Both the position numbers and the translations under genes were made by a program. Of a stretch of DNA of 64,000 nt, positions 20,686 to 32,455 are shown one piece after another. The notes under the pieces were generated by a model. The model worked only from the letters and a program-made list of their open reading frames with translations, ran no database searches and was not told where the DNA came from. The DNA comes from Trueperaceae bacterium. GTDB lineage: Bacteria > Deinococcota > Deinococci > Deinococcales > Trueperaceae. The stretch spans positions 1,824,001 through 1,888,000 of the forward strand of contig OZ243956.1 of NCBI GenBank assembly GCA_965214405.1. Reading direction: 5' to 3'. Position 1 is the first letter of the stretch, and each line of letters starts with the position of its first letter.

Positions 20686-21933
20686 ATCAGCCAGGCCCGA
20701 AAAACTGCTCTAGACGTTCTGCGCCGCGTTCACCGCGGCGCTTTTTCTGCTCCGGCACTGAGTGGCGCGTTAAACCGGAGCGACCTAACGGGACAAGACC
20801 GCGCCTTTGTCACCGACCTCATATACGGCGCGCTGCGCTACGAAATCCTTTTAGACGCCTGCTTGCGCCCCCTCCTAAAACGCCCCGACAAACTCCCCCC
20901 GGAGGTTCTGGACACGCTCCGGCTGGGCGCATATGACGTTCTCCTACGCGGCACGCCCCGCCACGCCGCGGTTCACGAGTGGGTGGAGGTGGTCAAGGGA
21001 ACGCATAAGAAGCTCGCCGGACTCGCCAACGCGGTGCTGCGGCGGGTGGTGGTGCCTGACGCCCTCAGCGAAGCCGAGCGATTGAGCTTGCCGGAATGGC
21101 TTTTGAAGGAGTGGCGGGGGCTTTTTGGGGAAGCCAGGGCCGCCGAGGTCGGCGCGGCGCTCAACGAACCCGAACCGCTCTGGCTGCTCTCGTACCACCC
21201 GCAGGCGTCGCATAGCCTCTTAGGAGAGGGCTGCGAGGTGCGGCTGGGGCCTATACAGGACACGCTGGCGGTGCGGCCCGCCAAGCCGCTGGGAGAGTTG
21301 GAAGCGTTCAAGCGCGGTTGGGTGCAACCGCAGAACCCGGCTTCGACGCTGCCGGTAAGACTGCTGGAGCCCGAGCCGGGCGAGCGCGTCCTCGACCTAG
21401 CCAGCGGGAGCGGCGTCAAGGCGGCGCAACTCGCGGCGGCGGGCGCGCGGCCCCTGAGTATCGAGCTGTACGGGGAAAAGTTAGAACGCGCCGCGCGTAA
21501 CCTAGAGCGGCTAAACCTCACCGCTGAGGGCATGATTCACGACCTCACCACGCTGCCGGACGTGCCCCCCGCCGCCAAAGTTCTCCTCGACGCGCCCTGC
21601 ACGGGCACGGGCACGCTGCGCGGCAACCCGGAGATTCGGGCACGCGTCCTTCCTGAAACCGTCGGGGCGCTCTCAACGCTCCAGCGGTCGCTGCTGGACA
21701 CCGCTGCCGCGCTCACCGCGCCGGGGGGCACGCTCCTTTACGCAGTCTGCGCGCTCACCCACGCCGAGGGCGTGGGGATGATGCGCTGGTTTTTGGAGGC
21801 GCACCCGGACTTTGAGGCGGAACCTTTTTTGCTCGAGCTGCCCGCCGCCAACACGCCCGAGGGTTCATACGTGTTGCCGCTGGATGGCTTAGACGGATTT
21901 TTTATCGCCAGGTTGCAAAGGGCGAGTGACTAG
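20686..21933 (+). CDS. rsmB: 16S rRNA m5C methyltransferase RsmB/Sun with N-terminal NusB domain
   Basis: VLDLASGSGVK, LLDAPCTGTGT, YAVCAL, DGFFIARL. The frame extends upstream of the track ORF (ARKTALDVLRRV...DRAFVTDLIYGALR) with no ATG/GTG/TTG, so the ATC at 20686 is proposed as start. Confidence 0.85.
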   Translation: MSQARKTALDVLRRVHRGAFSAPALSGALNRSDLTGQDRAFVTDLIYGALRYEILLDACLRPLLKRPDKLPPEVLDTLRLGAYDVLLRGTPRHAAVHEWVEVVKGTHKKLAGLANAVLRRVVVPDALSEAERLSLPEWLLKEWRGLFGEARAAEVGAALNEPEPLWLLSYHPQASHSLLGEGCEVRLGPIQDTLAVRPAKPLGELEAFKRGWVQPQNPASTLPVRLLEPEPGERVLDLASGSGVKAAQLAAAGARPLSIELYGEKLERAARNLERLNLTAEGMIHDLTTLPDVPPAAKVLLDAPCTGTGTLRGNPEIRARVLPETVGALSTLQRSLLDTAAALTAPGGTLLYAVCALTHAEGVGMMRWFLEAHPDFEAEPFLLELPAANTPEGSYVLPLDGLDGFFIARLQRASD

Positions 21934-21960
21934 TGATTAGATCGCTGCTAAGCTGAGGTT

Positions 21961-22851
21961 ATGGCGGATTTACAAGAGTTGAGCAGTAACATCTACTACC
22001 TTCCCGGCGGCGTCAACGCGGCGGTGGTGGTCAATGATGACAAAGAAGCTTTGTTAGTCGACACGGGCGGCGATAAAGACCACGGACGGCGCATTAAAAA
22101 GGCCTGTGACGCGCTCCTTGTCAAACCCGTCGCCATTCTCAATACGCATTCGCACGCGGACCACTACGGCGGCAACGAGTATTTGGTGAGAAACTTCGGG
22201 CTGCCCGTGTACGCGCCGCCCTTCGAGGCGAGCATCATGCGGAGCCCGCTGCTCGAGCCCGTCTACCTCTTTAACGGCGCGCAGCCTCCCCAAGAGATGC
22301 TGTCTAAATGGCTGCTCGCCAAGCCGTCGCCGGTGGACGCGCTGCTGAGTCCGGGGCGGCTCGAGCTTTACGGCCTCACCCTGGAGATTTTTGACACCTC
22401 CGGCCACGCGCATACCCATTATTCGGTGGGTGTGGGCGACATGTTGCTGGCGGCGGACGCGGTTTTTGGCGAGAGCGTGCTGGACAAGTACCCGCTACCT
22501 TTCGGGCAGAATATCGGGCGGCAGAGGGAGAGCGCGGCGCGGGTGGGAGACCTGGGGGCAAGGGTTGCCCTACCCGGTCACGGCGACCCCACCGAGGATG
22601 TGGCGGGACTTGTCGAGGCTAACCTAGCCGCGTTTGAACGAGCCGCGAACGCCGTTGCCGAGGCTGCAACGGGTGTAGACACAGCCACGGTGCTCACCCA
22701 AACGTGCGACGCGCTGGGCGTCGTCATGACCGACCTGCCGCGCTACACCCTCAACCTCTGCACAGTCATGGCTTACTTGAGCCGTCTGCGCGAACAGGGA
22801 CGGGTCACGCTCACCCTGGAGCACAACGCGCTGCGCTGGTCTCAGGCATGA
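21961..22851 (+). CDS. MBL-fold metallo-hydrolase
   Basis: LVDTG, THSHADHYGG, SGHA, ADA, PGHG. Confidence 0.9.
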   Translation: MADLQELSSNIYYLPGGVNAAVVVNDDKEALLVDTGGDKDHGRRIKKACDALLVKPVAILNTHSHADHYGGNEYLVRNFGLPVYAPPFEASIMRSPLLEPVYLFNGAQPPQEMLSKWLLAKPSPVDALLSPGRLELYGLTLEIFDTSGHAHTHYSVGVGDMLLAADAVFGESVLDKYPLPFGQNIGRQRESAARVGDLGARVALPGHGDPTEDVAGLVEANLAAFERAANAVAEAATGVDTATVLTQTCDALGVVMTDLPRYTLNLCTVMAYLSRLREQGRVTLTLEHNALRWSQA

Positions 22852-22963
22852 ATCTCGAGTGTGAAATTTGATACATCCCATAGAGGTTTTTGGATGAATT
22901 TGGGCGCGTCTCACTGTTTTTTGGCTCCTTCATTCCTAAAGTGGGGTTGAAAAGGGGTAGATT

Positions 22964-23458
22964 ATGAAACTTACATCTTTACAAGACGTTTTCGAAGAAC
23001 AGCTTAAAGACCTCTACAGCGCTGAGGACCAACTCTCCCAGGCGCTACCCAAGATGGCTGAGGCGGCCTCCTCGCAAGAACTCAAGAGCGCTTTTCAGCA
23101 GCACTTGCAGGAAACAAAGAACCAACGCGACCGTTTGGAGCAAATCGGTCAAATGGCGAGCATCAACCTCCGCGGTGTCAAGTGCAAGGCAATGGAGGGG
23201 CTTATCAAAGAGGCGCAGGATTTGCTTTCCGAGAATGAGCCCAGTGACGCTCTAGACGTCGCGCTCATCGCGTCCGCGCAGCGCATCGAGCATTATGAGA
23301 TTGCGGGTTACGGCTCCACGCGGACCTACGCGAAGCGTCTGGGTCACTCCGACGCCGAAAAGCTCCTTCAAGAGACGCTCGATGAAGAGGGCGCGACTGA
23401 CAAGAAGCTTACGCAAATTGCGGAGAGCACGGTGAATAAAGAGGCGATGGTTAGCTAG
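22964..23458 (+). CDS. Ferritin-like protein, YciE/YciF (DUF892) family
   Basis: LKDLYSAE.Q...ALPKM, HLQET..Q..RLE, C.AMEGL, AQRIEHYEIAGYG, TLDEE...D.KL. Confidence 0.92.
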   Translation: MKLTSLQDVFEEQLKDLYSAEDQLSQALPKMAEAASSQELKSAFQQHLQETKNQRDRLEQIGQMASINLRGVKCKAMEGLIKEAQDLLSENEPSDALDVALIASAQRIEHYEIAGYGSTRTYAKRLGHSDAEKLLQETLDEEGATDKKLTQIAESTVNKEAMVS

Positions 23459-23495
23459 CTTCAACTCAGTCAAAGCTTTAACGACGAAGTCCGGC

Positions 23496-24062
23496 TCAGG
23501 TCGGGCTTTTTCTCTGGAATTCAGCATTGAATTGAGAAGCAGGGTTTTCGGGGGAGAGTGTGAGTGCGCACTCGAGCTCCTCCAAAACCTCCCCAAACAG
23601 CTCGCCCCGGATGCGCCTCGTCTCACGAAAACCCAGGTGCTCGTAAAAACCGCGCGCCTTGTGATTGTCTGCGGCCACGGTAAGGCGCACGTCCCGAAGG
23701 CTGCGCGCGCGAAACCAGCTCTCGGCCCCCTCCCACAGACGCCGCCCGTATCCCCTACCCTGCGCCTCGGGTAATAGGTAAATCGCGTTCAGATACCCCA
23801 CCTTGCCGCGCTCCCTAAGCCGCACGTAGCCGAGCACCCGCCCGGCCACCTCGAGCACCCACAGCCCGCCCTCTTCGCATGTGCGCTCGAGCGACCCTTC
23901 GCTATACGCCTGCTTCAAGAACGCGTCGATGGCACCCTCGCTTAAGATAGTGCGGTAGGTGTCATGCCAGGCCGCGCGCGCCACCGCCTGCACCGCCGGT
24001 AAGTCCGCGCATGTGGCTTCGCGGAAGAGGGGCTCGAGGCTTCGCTGAAGTGATTGCGTCAT
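23496..24062 (-). CDS. GNAT family N-acetyltransferase
   Basis: AW..TY..IL, IYLLPEAQGRGYG, L.V...N..A..FYE.LGF. Confidence 0.88.
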   Translation of the reverse strand: MTQSLQRSLEPLFREATCADLPAVQAVARAAWHDTYRTILSEGAIDAFLKQAYSEGSLERTCEEGGLWVLEVAGRVLGYVRLRERGKVGYLNAIYLLPEAQGRGYGRRLWEGAESWFRARSLRDVRLTVAADNHKARGFYEHLGFRETRRIRGELFGEVLEELECALTLSPENPASQFNAEFQRKSPT

Positions 24063-24125
24063 ACGTCACTTTATCTTACGAGTGCGACTCGAGCACGTCT
24101 AAAATTCGGCGAGCAGAAGCCTTAT

Positions 24126-24749
24126 CTAACCCACCCGCAGTTCGTCTTCAGGACTCCCGTTAAGACTCGCAACCATAGCCTCCGCGACCTCACCGGGTGA
24201 GAGTGCGTCTTTGGGCGGCTTGCCGACGCCCTCCCAAAAAGCGGTATCCACCGCCTTGGGCAGCACCAGGGTGAGGGCGGCCTTGCGCTTTAGCTCGAGC
24301 GCCGCCACCCTAACGAGCGCCGCCGTCGCCGCCTTGCTCGCCGCGTAAGCGCCCAGCCCGCGCGTGGTGACGAGTTCGGGCCGCGCACCCAAGACGAAAA
24401 CGCGCGCACCGTCCTCAAACTTGTCCGCGGCGTACTTGAGGGTGTAAAAGAGCCCCGTCAGGTTGGCGTCTACGACCCTCCGCCAGCTCTCCCCCGTCGT
24501 CGCGCTTAGGGGTCCGGGATCGATAGCGCCCGCCGCGTAAACGAGGAGGTCGAGAGGCGGCAGCGACGCGAACAGCGCCTCCACCTCGAGCTCGCTCGAG
24601 ACGTCTGTGGGCACGACCGCCCCGCGTCCCTTGAGCGCGCGAAGCTTGGGTCCGTCGCGGCCCACGAGGGTCATGGTGTAACTCTCTAGGCGTTCGCTAA
24701 GCGCCGAGCCGATGCCCCCGGTTGCGCCGATGATAAGAGCGTGTTTCAT
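24126..24749 (-). CDS. SDR family oxidoreductase
   Basis: IIGATGGIG, YAAG, YAASK. Confidence 0.88.
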   Translation of the reverse strand: MKHALIIGATGGIGSALSERLESYTMTLVGRDGPKLRALKGRGAVVPTDVSSELEVEALFASLPPLDLLVYAAGAIDPGPLSATTGESWRRVVDANLTGLFYTLKYAADKFEDGARVFVLGARPELVTTRGLGAYAASKAATAALVRVAALELKRKAALTLVLPKAVDTAFWEGVGKPPKDALSPGEVAEAMVASLNGSPEDELRVG

Positions 24750-24858
24750 GGGGCAAGGTAACGCGCGCTTCCGATTTCTGCCGTAGTGCAGCTTGAATTT
24801 AAGTAGTTAGTGGTTGGTGATTAGTAGTTAGTTGTGAGCAAATAGGTATGCTTATGAG

Positions 24859-25770
24859 GTGACTGATGTTGACAGGCTCCGGGCGCGGCTGAGGGAAGCT
24901 CGAGCCGCCCACGCCACGCCCTACGCTGAGATTGTCCGGGAGGCCGAACATCATCCCGAATTGTTTGCCGAGGTGGCGGGCGCGTTTTGGGAGGCGGGGA
25001 GGCTGCGTGAGGCGCTGTTGTGGCTCGAGCGGGCACTTTTCAGGGCTTCAGCCGACGAACACGCACGCTTGCTCGTGCGTGTGGGAGCGGCGCGTATCCG
25101 GCTGGGCGAGCTTAGGGAGGCGGTGGACACGCTGGGAGCTTTCGAACCTGACGACGCCTACGGCGCGTTGCAACTCGGCAACGCGCTACGCTACTTGGGC
25201 AGGTACGAGGAGGCTCAAGGATATCTCGAGCGCGCCTGGGCGCGTGCCAAGGCCACCGGCGACGGCGCGCTCGCCGCGGCGGTTCTGTGTGCTCAGGGCG
25301 AGGGGGTGCTGGACCAGGGTAAGGGGCAGGCGGCAGCGGAGCTTTTTGGCCGGGCGTTGGGGTTAACCGAGTTCTCGAGCGACGAACGTCTCACCGTCTC
25401 GCCTCTGGCAGGTTTGGGCCACGCTCACGCGGTCTGGGGCTATCCGGCCAAGGGGCAGGAGGTAGCGCGGCGGGCCTTGGAACGCGCAGAGCGCGCGAAC
25501 GACGCCGTGGGCGCGGCTCGAGCCCTCCTCGCCCTGGGTGTGGCGAGTGAGGACGCCGCTGTGTTAGAACGCGCTGAACGAGAAGCGCAGGCCGCGCCCC
25601 ACGCGCCGCTCCGGCTGCGGGCGTGGGTGGCGAGGCTCGAGCTTCGGCCCAACAAAGAGGTAGAAGACGCTCTGGCATTTGCGAAAGAACTCGAGATGAG
25701 TTCAGATGTGGCGAGGCTCGAGCGTATCAAGACAAATTACGAACTCAACAAGAAGGCTACTCATGTCTGA
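24859..25770 (+). CDS. Tetratricopeptide-repeat protein
   Basis: Repeated Ala/Leu helical motifs such as LGNALRYLGRYEEAQGYLERA. Confidence 0.75.
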   Translation: MTDVDRLRARLREARAAHATPYAEIVREAEHHPELFAEVAGAFWEAGRLREALLWLERALFRASADEHARLLVRVGAARIRLGELREAVDTLGAFEPDDAYGALQLGNALRYLGRYEEAQGYLERAWARAKATGDGALAAAVLCAQGEGVLDQGKGQAAAELFGRALGLTEFSSDERLTVSPLAGLGHAHAVWGYPAKGQEVARRALERAERANDAVGAARALLALGVASEDAAVLERAEREAQAAPHAPLRLRAWVARLELRPNKEVEDALAFAKELEMSSDVARLERIKTNYELNKKATHV

Positions 25771-26332
25771 ACCTAAAATCGTCACTCCCAAGGTCATCGC
25801 CGTTTTTGGCGCGTCTACAGCGGAACCGGGCAGCCTCGAGTGGCGGGAGGCTGAGACCCTGGGAGCCGCGCTCGCTGAGGCTGGCTTCGCGCTGGCGACG
25901 GGCGGTTACGGTGGCCTTATGGAGGCGGTGAGCAAAGGTTACGCGGAGGCCGGGGGTAAGCATGACGTCATCGGGGTGAGCGCGCCCAGGGTGTTTCCCA
26001 AACGCGCGGGGATTAATTCGTACGTGGCTCGAGAGGTTGCGGCGGAGAGTCTGGTGGAGCGCATTCACCAAATTACCGACCTCTCAGCGGCGGCGGTCGC
26101 GCTACCTGGCGCGATTGGCACGCTGACCGAAATCATGGTGGCCTGGAACTTAGCCGTGGTCGCGCCTTTTTCGGATACGGTTCCAAAACCGCTTCTCACC
26201 GTCGGTGAACGTTGGAAGCGCGTCGTGAACTTTCTTGCGGAAGAACTTCACATCCCGCTCGAGAGTGTTTATAGGGTGGCGGGCTCGAGCGCCGTCGTTC
26301 CCCTGCTCCACACGCTTTTGCGCGCCCCCTAA
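25763..26332 (+). CDS. LOG family protein
   Basis: IAVFGAS, LATGGYGGLMEAVSKG, ALPGAIGTLTEI; start at the ATG at 25763. Confidence 0.85.
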   Translation: MSEPKIVTPKVIAVFGASTAEPGSLEWREAETLGAALAEAGFALATGGYGGLMEAVSKGYAEAGGKHDVIGVSAPRVFPKRAGINSYVAREVAAESLVERIHQITDLSAAAVALPGAIGTLTEIMVAWNLAVVAPFSDTVPKPLLTVGERWKRVVNFLAEELHIPLESVYRVAGSSAVVPLLHTLLRAP

Positions 26333-26420
26333 AACCTCTACTCCCCATCCCCCGACATCCTCCCGCCTCCCGTCAGCCACCTTACGGTGGAGGAGCCCCT
26401 TTTGCAGTTTACTTAGGACT

Positions 26421-28811
26421 ATGGATTGGGAACTGCCAGTAATCGCACTCCGAACGCAAGTCGTGCTGCCCCGGACACTTGAAAACGTGGACGTGGGTCG
26501 CCCGAAATCGAAACGTGCGCTTGAAGAAGCGCAGGCCGCGGACAACCGCGTGCTCCTCCTCACTCAGCGCGAACCCCGCATTGACGACCCCACCGGCGAA
26601 GACTTATACGATGTCGGGACCTTGGGCGTCGTTAAGCAAGTCATCCGTCTGCCCGACGATACGCTGCAAGTGCTTGTCGAGGGCCGTGAGCGGGCGCAAG
26701 TCACCTCGTATGTGCCCGGCGGCTCTTTACGCGCGAACGTCCGCACGCTGCCCGAGACGAACGCGGGCGAGAGTGAGCGCACCAAGGCACTGCTCGAGCA
26801 GACCAAAACCGCTTTCGCCCAGTACACCCAGCAGAACAAAAATCTGCGCTTGGATTCGTTTCACCTAGAGAACCTGCGCGGCCTCAAAGACGCGGGCGCG
26901 TTGGCCGACATGGTCGCCAAATACAGCACCTGGTCGGTTGAGGACAAGCAAGCCGCCCTGGAAGAAACGGACGCGGTCAAGCGTTTGGAACTCGCCTACG
27001 GCTTCTTGTCACGCGACTTGGAGCGCTTCGACACAGAGAAGCAAATCTCGGCTCGAGTCAAGCAGCAGATGGACTCGAACCAGCGCGAATACTACCTGCG
27101 CGAGCAGATGAAGGCCATCCAAAAAGAGTTGGGCGGCGAAGAAGGTGTGGCCGAAACCGAAGAGCTGCGCAACAAGGTCGACGAAAAGAATATGCCCGAA
27201 GAGGCCAAGAAGCGCGCGCTCAAAGAGATTGACCGTCTGGAAAAAATGCCCGGCGGCTCACCCGAGGCGACCGTAGTTCGTACTTACCTCGACGTCATGC
27301 TAGAACTTCCCTGGTCCGAGATGGATGAGGAGCATCTGGACGTCGCACACACCGAGACGATTCTCGATGAGGACCACTACGCGTTGGAAGAACCCAAAGA
27401 GCGAATTTTGGAGTTCTTAGCGGTGCGTCAGCTCACCAAAGACATCGAAGGCGCAGACTACAAAGCCCCCATCCTCTGCCTCGTCGGCCCGCCCGGCGTC
27501 GGTAAGACGAGCTTGGGCAAGTCCATTGCGAGAAGCCTCAACCGCGAGTTTGTCCGCATGAGCCTGGGCGGCGTTCGTGACGAGGCCGAAATCCGCGGTC
27601 ACCGTCGCACCTACATCGGTTCTCTGCCGGGTCGCATTATTCAGGGGATGCGCACCGCGGGCAAGGTCAATCCAGTGTTCTTGCTCGACGAAATCGACAA
27701 GATGACCGCCGACTTTCGCGGCGACCCTTCCTCGGCGCTTCTAGAAGTTCTGGACCCCGAGCAGAACAATACCTTTGCGGACCATTACCTGGAAGTCCCT
27801 TACGACCTCTCCAAGGTGATGTTCATTACAACCGCCAACACGCTCCAGACGATTCCGCGGCCCCTCTTGGACCGCATGGAAGTCATCCAGATTTCGGGCT
27901 ACACGCTGGACGAGAAGGTCGAAATCGCCAAGCGTTACCGCCTGCCGCGCCAGCTCAAGGACCACGGGCTCAAGGATAAGCTCAAAGTTTCTGACGAGGC
28001 GCTGCGTAAGATTATCACCGAGTACACCCGCGAGGCGGGCGTGCGTAACCTAGACCGCACCATCGCCAAGCTCGCGCGCAAGTCGGCCAAGGAATACCTC
28101 GACACGCCTTGGGAGGGCGTGCGTACGCTGGACGAGCGCGCGATTCGTGACCTCTTGGGTGTGCCCCCGTTCCGCGACGACAAAGCCGAGAAGGAGCCGC
28201 AGGTGGGTCTCTCGCACGGCCTCGCGTGGACCTCGATTGGCGGCGTTACGCTCGATATCGAAGCGGTGGCGGTGCCCGGTAAGGGCAAACTCTCGCTCAC
28301 GGGTCAGTTGGGCGACGTGATGAAGGAGTCCGCGCAGGCGGGGATTGCCTACTTGCGTAAGCACAGCGCGCACTTCAATATTCCCGAAGACTTTTACGAG
28401 AACCGCGACCTGCATATTCACGTGCTCGAGGGTGCCACCCCCAAAGACGGCCCCTCGGCGGGCATCGCAATGGCGACCGCGGTGGTCTCGGCCCTCACAG
28501 GCCGCCCGGTCCGCGGCGACATCGCCATGACGGGCGAGATTACCCTGCGCGGGCGCGTCTTACCCATCGGCGGAGTAAAAGAGAAGCTTCTGGCGGCGCA
28601 CCAGGCGGGCATCCAGCACGTCATCATCCCCGACGCCAACGAGGCCAATCTGGAGGACGTGCCCGACGCCATCATGGACGAACTTACCGTCACGACGGTC
28701 AAGAACTTTACCGAGGTCTTGAACATCATGTTGGAGGAAGCCGCGGCGAGCGACTTTGTGCCGCCCCCCAGCGACGACGTGACCGGCGCTTCACCGTCCG
28801 CGCAAGCCTAA
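26421..28811 (+). CDS. lon: ATP-dependent protease Lon
   Basis: [28 protein letters not shown] (catalytic Ser), IGGVKEK; start at the ATG at 26421 ([11 protein letters not shown]). Confidence 0.97.
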   Translation: MDWELPVIALRTQVVLPRTLENVDVGRPKSKRALEEAQAADNRVLLLTQREPRIDDPTGEDLYDVGTLGVVKQVIRLPDDTLQVLVEGRERAQVTSYVPGGSLRANVRTLPETNAGESERTKALLEQTKTAFAQYTQQNKNLRLDSFHLENLRGLKDAGALADMVAKYSTWSVEDKQAALEETDAVKRLELAYGFLSRDLERFDTEKQISARVKQQMDSNQREYYLREQMKAIQKELGGEEGVAETEELRNKVDEKNMPEEAKKRALKEIDRLEKMPGGSPEATVVRTYLDVMLELPWSEMDEEHLDVAHTETILDEDHYALEEPKERILEFLAVRQLTKDIEGADYKAPILCLVGPPGVGKTSLGKSIARSLNREFVRMSLGGVRDEAEIRGHRRTYIGSLPGRIIQGMRTAGKVNPVFLLDEIDKMTADFRGDPSSALLEVLDPEQNNTFADHYLEVPYDLSKVMFITTANTLQTIPRPLLDRMEVIQISGYTLDEKVEIAKRYRLPRQLKDHGLKDKLKVSDEALRKIITEYTREAGVRNLDRTIAKLARKSAKEYLDTPWEGVRTLDERAIRDLLGVPPFRDDKAEKEPQVGLSHGLAWTSIGGVTLDIEAVAVPGKGKLSLTGQLGDVMKESAQAGIAYLRKHSAHFNIPEDFYENRDLHIHVLEGATPKDGPSAGIAMATAVVSALTGRPVRGDIAMTGEITLRGRVLPIGGVKEKLLAAHQAGIQHVIIPDANEANLEDVPDAIMDELTVTTVKNFTEVLNIMLEEAAASDFVPPPSDDVTGASPSAQA

Positions 28812-28837
28812 ACCTCACGAGCATTAGAGCTATGAAA

Positions 28838-28866
28838 AACCCCCGGCCTTTCCGCCGGGGGTCTTG
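28838..28866 (+). terminator. Terminator hairpin after lon
   Basis: ACCCCCGGC-CTTTCC-GCCGGGGGT followed by CTTGTT. Confidence 0.7.
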
Positions 28867-28878
28867 TTATGGTGAGGC

Positions 28879-29388
28879 ATGAAACGCCTCTTCCCTTTCG
28901 CGCTTTTGCTCCTCGTTACCGCCTGTTCGTTTGCGCCCATACGCATCAACATCCAAGACGTTGTTTTGCCCGCGCAGAGCAGCGGCGGGGATGTGTGTTA
29001 CGTCAGGAGCGACGAAAGTGCGCCCGCGAACTTTCGCCGCGCCACTTATAAGGCAGACGCGGTTTACGAAGCGGACGCGCTTATCGGTTCCCCCGGCCCC
29101 GTCACCTTCCGCGTGTACGGTCGCGTCGTCGCGCCCGTGGGCGAAGAAGGCAGCGACACCTTTTGCACGACGGCGGACGCGGGCGACACGGTGCTGTCGG
29201 ACGCGATCACGCTCGAGCCCAACGAGTCAAAACCCATCGAAATCGGCGGGCGCGACTACGGCGGCGAGTTGGCCGACCTTGTTGCCAATCCCAGTTATTA
29301 CTTGGGGGCAGCGTTGGGGGGCGGCAGCGTGCTTAACAGCGGCGAAACGATTACGCTAACAAACGGCGTGGTGAGCGTAAGCTTCTAA
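28879..29388 (+). CDS. Hypothetical lipoprotein
   Basis: Signal peptide with lipobox VTAC; beta-rich mature part. Confidence 0.8.
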   Translation: MKRLFPFALLLLVTACSFAPIRINIQDVVLPAQSSGGDVCYVRSDESAPANFRRATYKADAVYEADALIGSPGPVTFRVYGRVVAPVGEEGSDTFCTTADAGDTVLSDAITLEPNESKPIEIGGRDYGGELADLVANPSYYLGAALGGGSVLNSGETITLTNGVVSVSF

Positions 29389-29498
29389 AAGGGCTCATGA
29401 ACATGTCGCCCAACTCGGCACTCGAGCAAAGCCGCCATATTTTTATGCAGTTCTTCCCCTGAACAAGGGATTTTTTCGTACAGAAGAAGTTGAAAAGT

Positions 29499-29524
29499 CG
29501 TCCGCGTCAATCTTGACGCGGACG
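29499..29524. repeat. Perfect inverted repeat (12-bp arms, 2-nt spacer)
   Basis: CGTCCGCGTCAA-TC-TTGACGCGGACG between convergent genes. Confidence 0.8.
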
Positions 29525-29623
29525 CTCTTGTAACCGTACTCCCTTGCGAGAACGGTGAAAAAAGGCTTCGGGAATGACGCTACACTACTTTAGACGTTTG
29601 GCTCGAGCCAAACGTTACCCAAC

Positions 29624-29651
29624 AAAAAAGAGCGACCCGGAGGCCGCTCTT
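29624..29651 (-). terminator. groEL terminator
   Basis: Minus strand AAGAGCGGCC-TCCG-GGTCGCTCTT followed by a T tract. Confidence 0.8.
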
Positions 29652-29673
29652 CAAACTTGACAAATTTAGGCGT

Positions 29674-31344
<1,671 letters not shown>

Positions 31345-31408
31345 TCAGTCTCTCTGGTTTTCTTTTGGTTTTGCTTGGGTCTTGTCTGGGTGTAAACGTG
31401 CTAAGAAC

Positions 31409-31696
31409 TTACGCGATGATCGCGTGGATGTCGCGCTCGCTCAAAATCATCAGGTCTTTGCCTTCTAAGGAAAGCTCGGTGCCGCCGTACTTGGCGAACA
31501 TGACCGTGTCGCCTTCTTTGACTTCTAAAGCGATACGCTCGCCGTTGTCCATCACTTTGCCGGTGCCTACCGCGACGACTTTACCGCGCTGGCTCTTCTC
31601 TTTGGCGGTGTCGGGCAGGACGATTCCGCTCGAGGTGGTCTGCGGCTCGTCGATGACTTCGACGACGACTTTGTCTCCTAAGGGTTTGAGTGTCAT
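31409..31696 (-). CDS. groS: Co-chaperonin GroES
   Basis: [26 protein letters not shown]. Confidence 0.99.
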   Translation of the reverse strand: MTLKPLGDKVVVEVIDEPQTTSSGIVLPDTAKEKSQRGKVVAVGTGKVMDNGERIALEVKEGDTVMFAKYGGTELSLEGKDLMILSERDIHAIIA

Positions 31697-31729
31697 GTAT
31701 TACCTCCGTGACATTTGGTTTACATATTT

Positions 31730-31756
31730 TTAGCACTCACACCAGGCGAGTGCTAA
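31730..31756. promoter_or_regulatory. CIRCE element (HrcA operator)
   Basis: Perfect TTAGCACTC-N9-GAGTGCTAA upstream of groES. Confidence 0.97.
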
Positions 31757-31764
31757 CTGCCTTC

Positions 31765-31793
31765 ATCGTACGTTAACAAGCGCGACATGTCAA
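31765..31793 (-). promoter_or_regulatory. groESL promoter
   Basis: TTGACA-17 nt-TACGAT on the minus strand, just upstream of CIRCE. Confidence 0.85.
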
Positions 31794-31797
31794 GTCC

Positions 31798-31818
31798 CTT
31801 GAGTCGTGTCGACTCAGG
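31798..31818. promoter_or_regulatory. HAIR element (HspR operator)
   Basis: CTTGAGT-CGTGTCG-ACTCAGG, one mismatch from CTTGAGT-N7-ACTCAAG, next to the -35 box. Confidence 0.85.
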
Positions 31819-31943
31819 TTTTTATCAAAATACGTCTAAGGAGGCAGGAGCGCATCTTTATACAGAGTTTCACAGGGTGCCTACACAAGCTGGGCGCGGA
31901 TTCATGCAGCTTTATGTAGAGCAAACAAATCTACACGGACGCG

Positions 31944-32273
31944 TCAGCCGCGCTTAAGCCCGAAAAGAAGACCGGGAACGAACGAGACGGCGAAGGTGAT
32001 GTTGTAGGTCAGAATGTTCATGAGGCCCTGCCAGAGCGCGCGGAGCGAATCCTCCCCCAAAAGCGGGTCCACCCGCTCTTGCACCTGCGCCCAGTTGACG
32101 GTCACGAAACCGTAGTAGGCGAGCACTTGCAGGGCGATAAAAAGCAACCCCAAGGCGACGGCGAGCAGTTTGCCCACTTTTTTGAGCGCGTAGCCCGCGG
32201 CAAAACCGGCGAGCAGACCGAACGAAATCTGTTGCAGATAGGGCGCGAGCGTGATGAGGTCGGGCGCGTTCAC
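31944..32273 (-). CDS. FUN14 family membrane protein
   Basis: FG.LAGFAAGYALKKVGK...LG..FI.LQ.L.Y.G...VNW. Confidence 0.85.
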   Translation of the reverse strand: MNAPDLITLAPYLQQISFGLLAGFAAGYALKKVGKLLAVALGLLFIALQVLAYYGFVTVNWAQVQERVDPLLGEDSLRALWQGLMNILTYNITFAVSFVPGLLFGLKRG

Positions 32274-32455
32274 GGTGAGAGCGTATCACGAGGGGGTGAG
32301 GCGTGAGGTGCGAGGGGCTTGTTATGAGATGGGGAGCTGGGGAGTAGAAAGGTGGGGAGAAAAAACCAGAACGATTCCCGAACTCTCCGTATCCCCCGCT
32401 CCCCATTTCACTCAAGACCTGCACAACTTACACACGAGTACGGTACTATAGAGAG

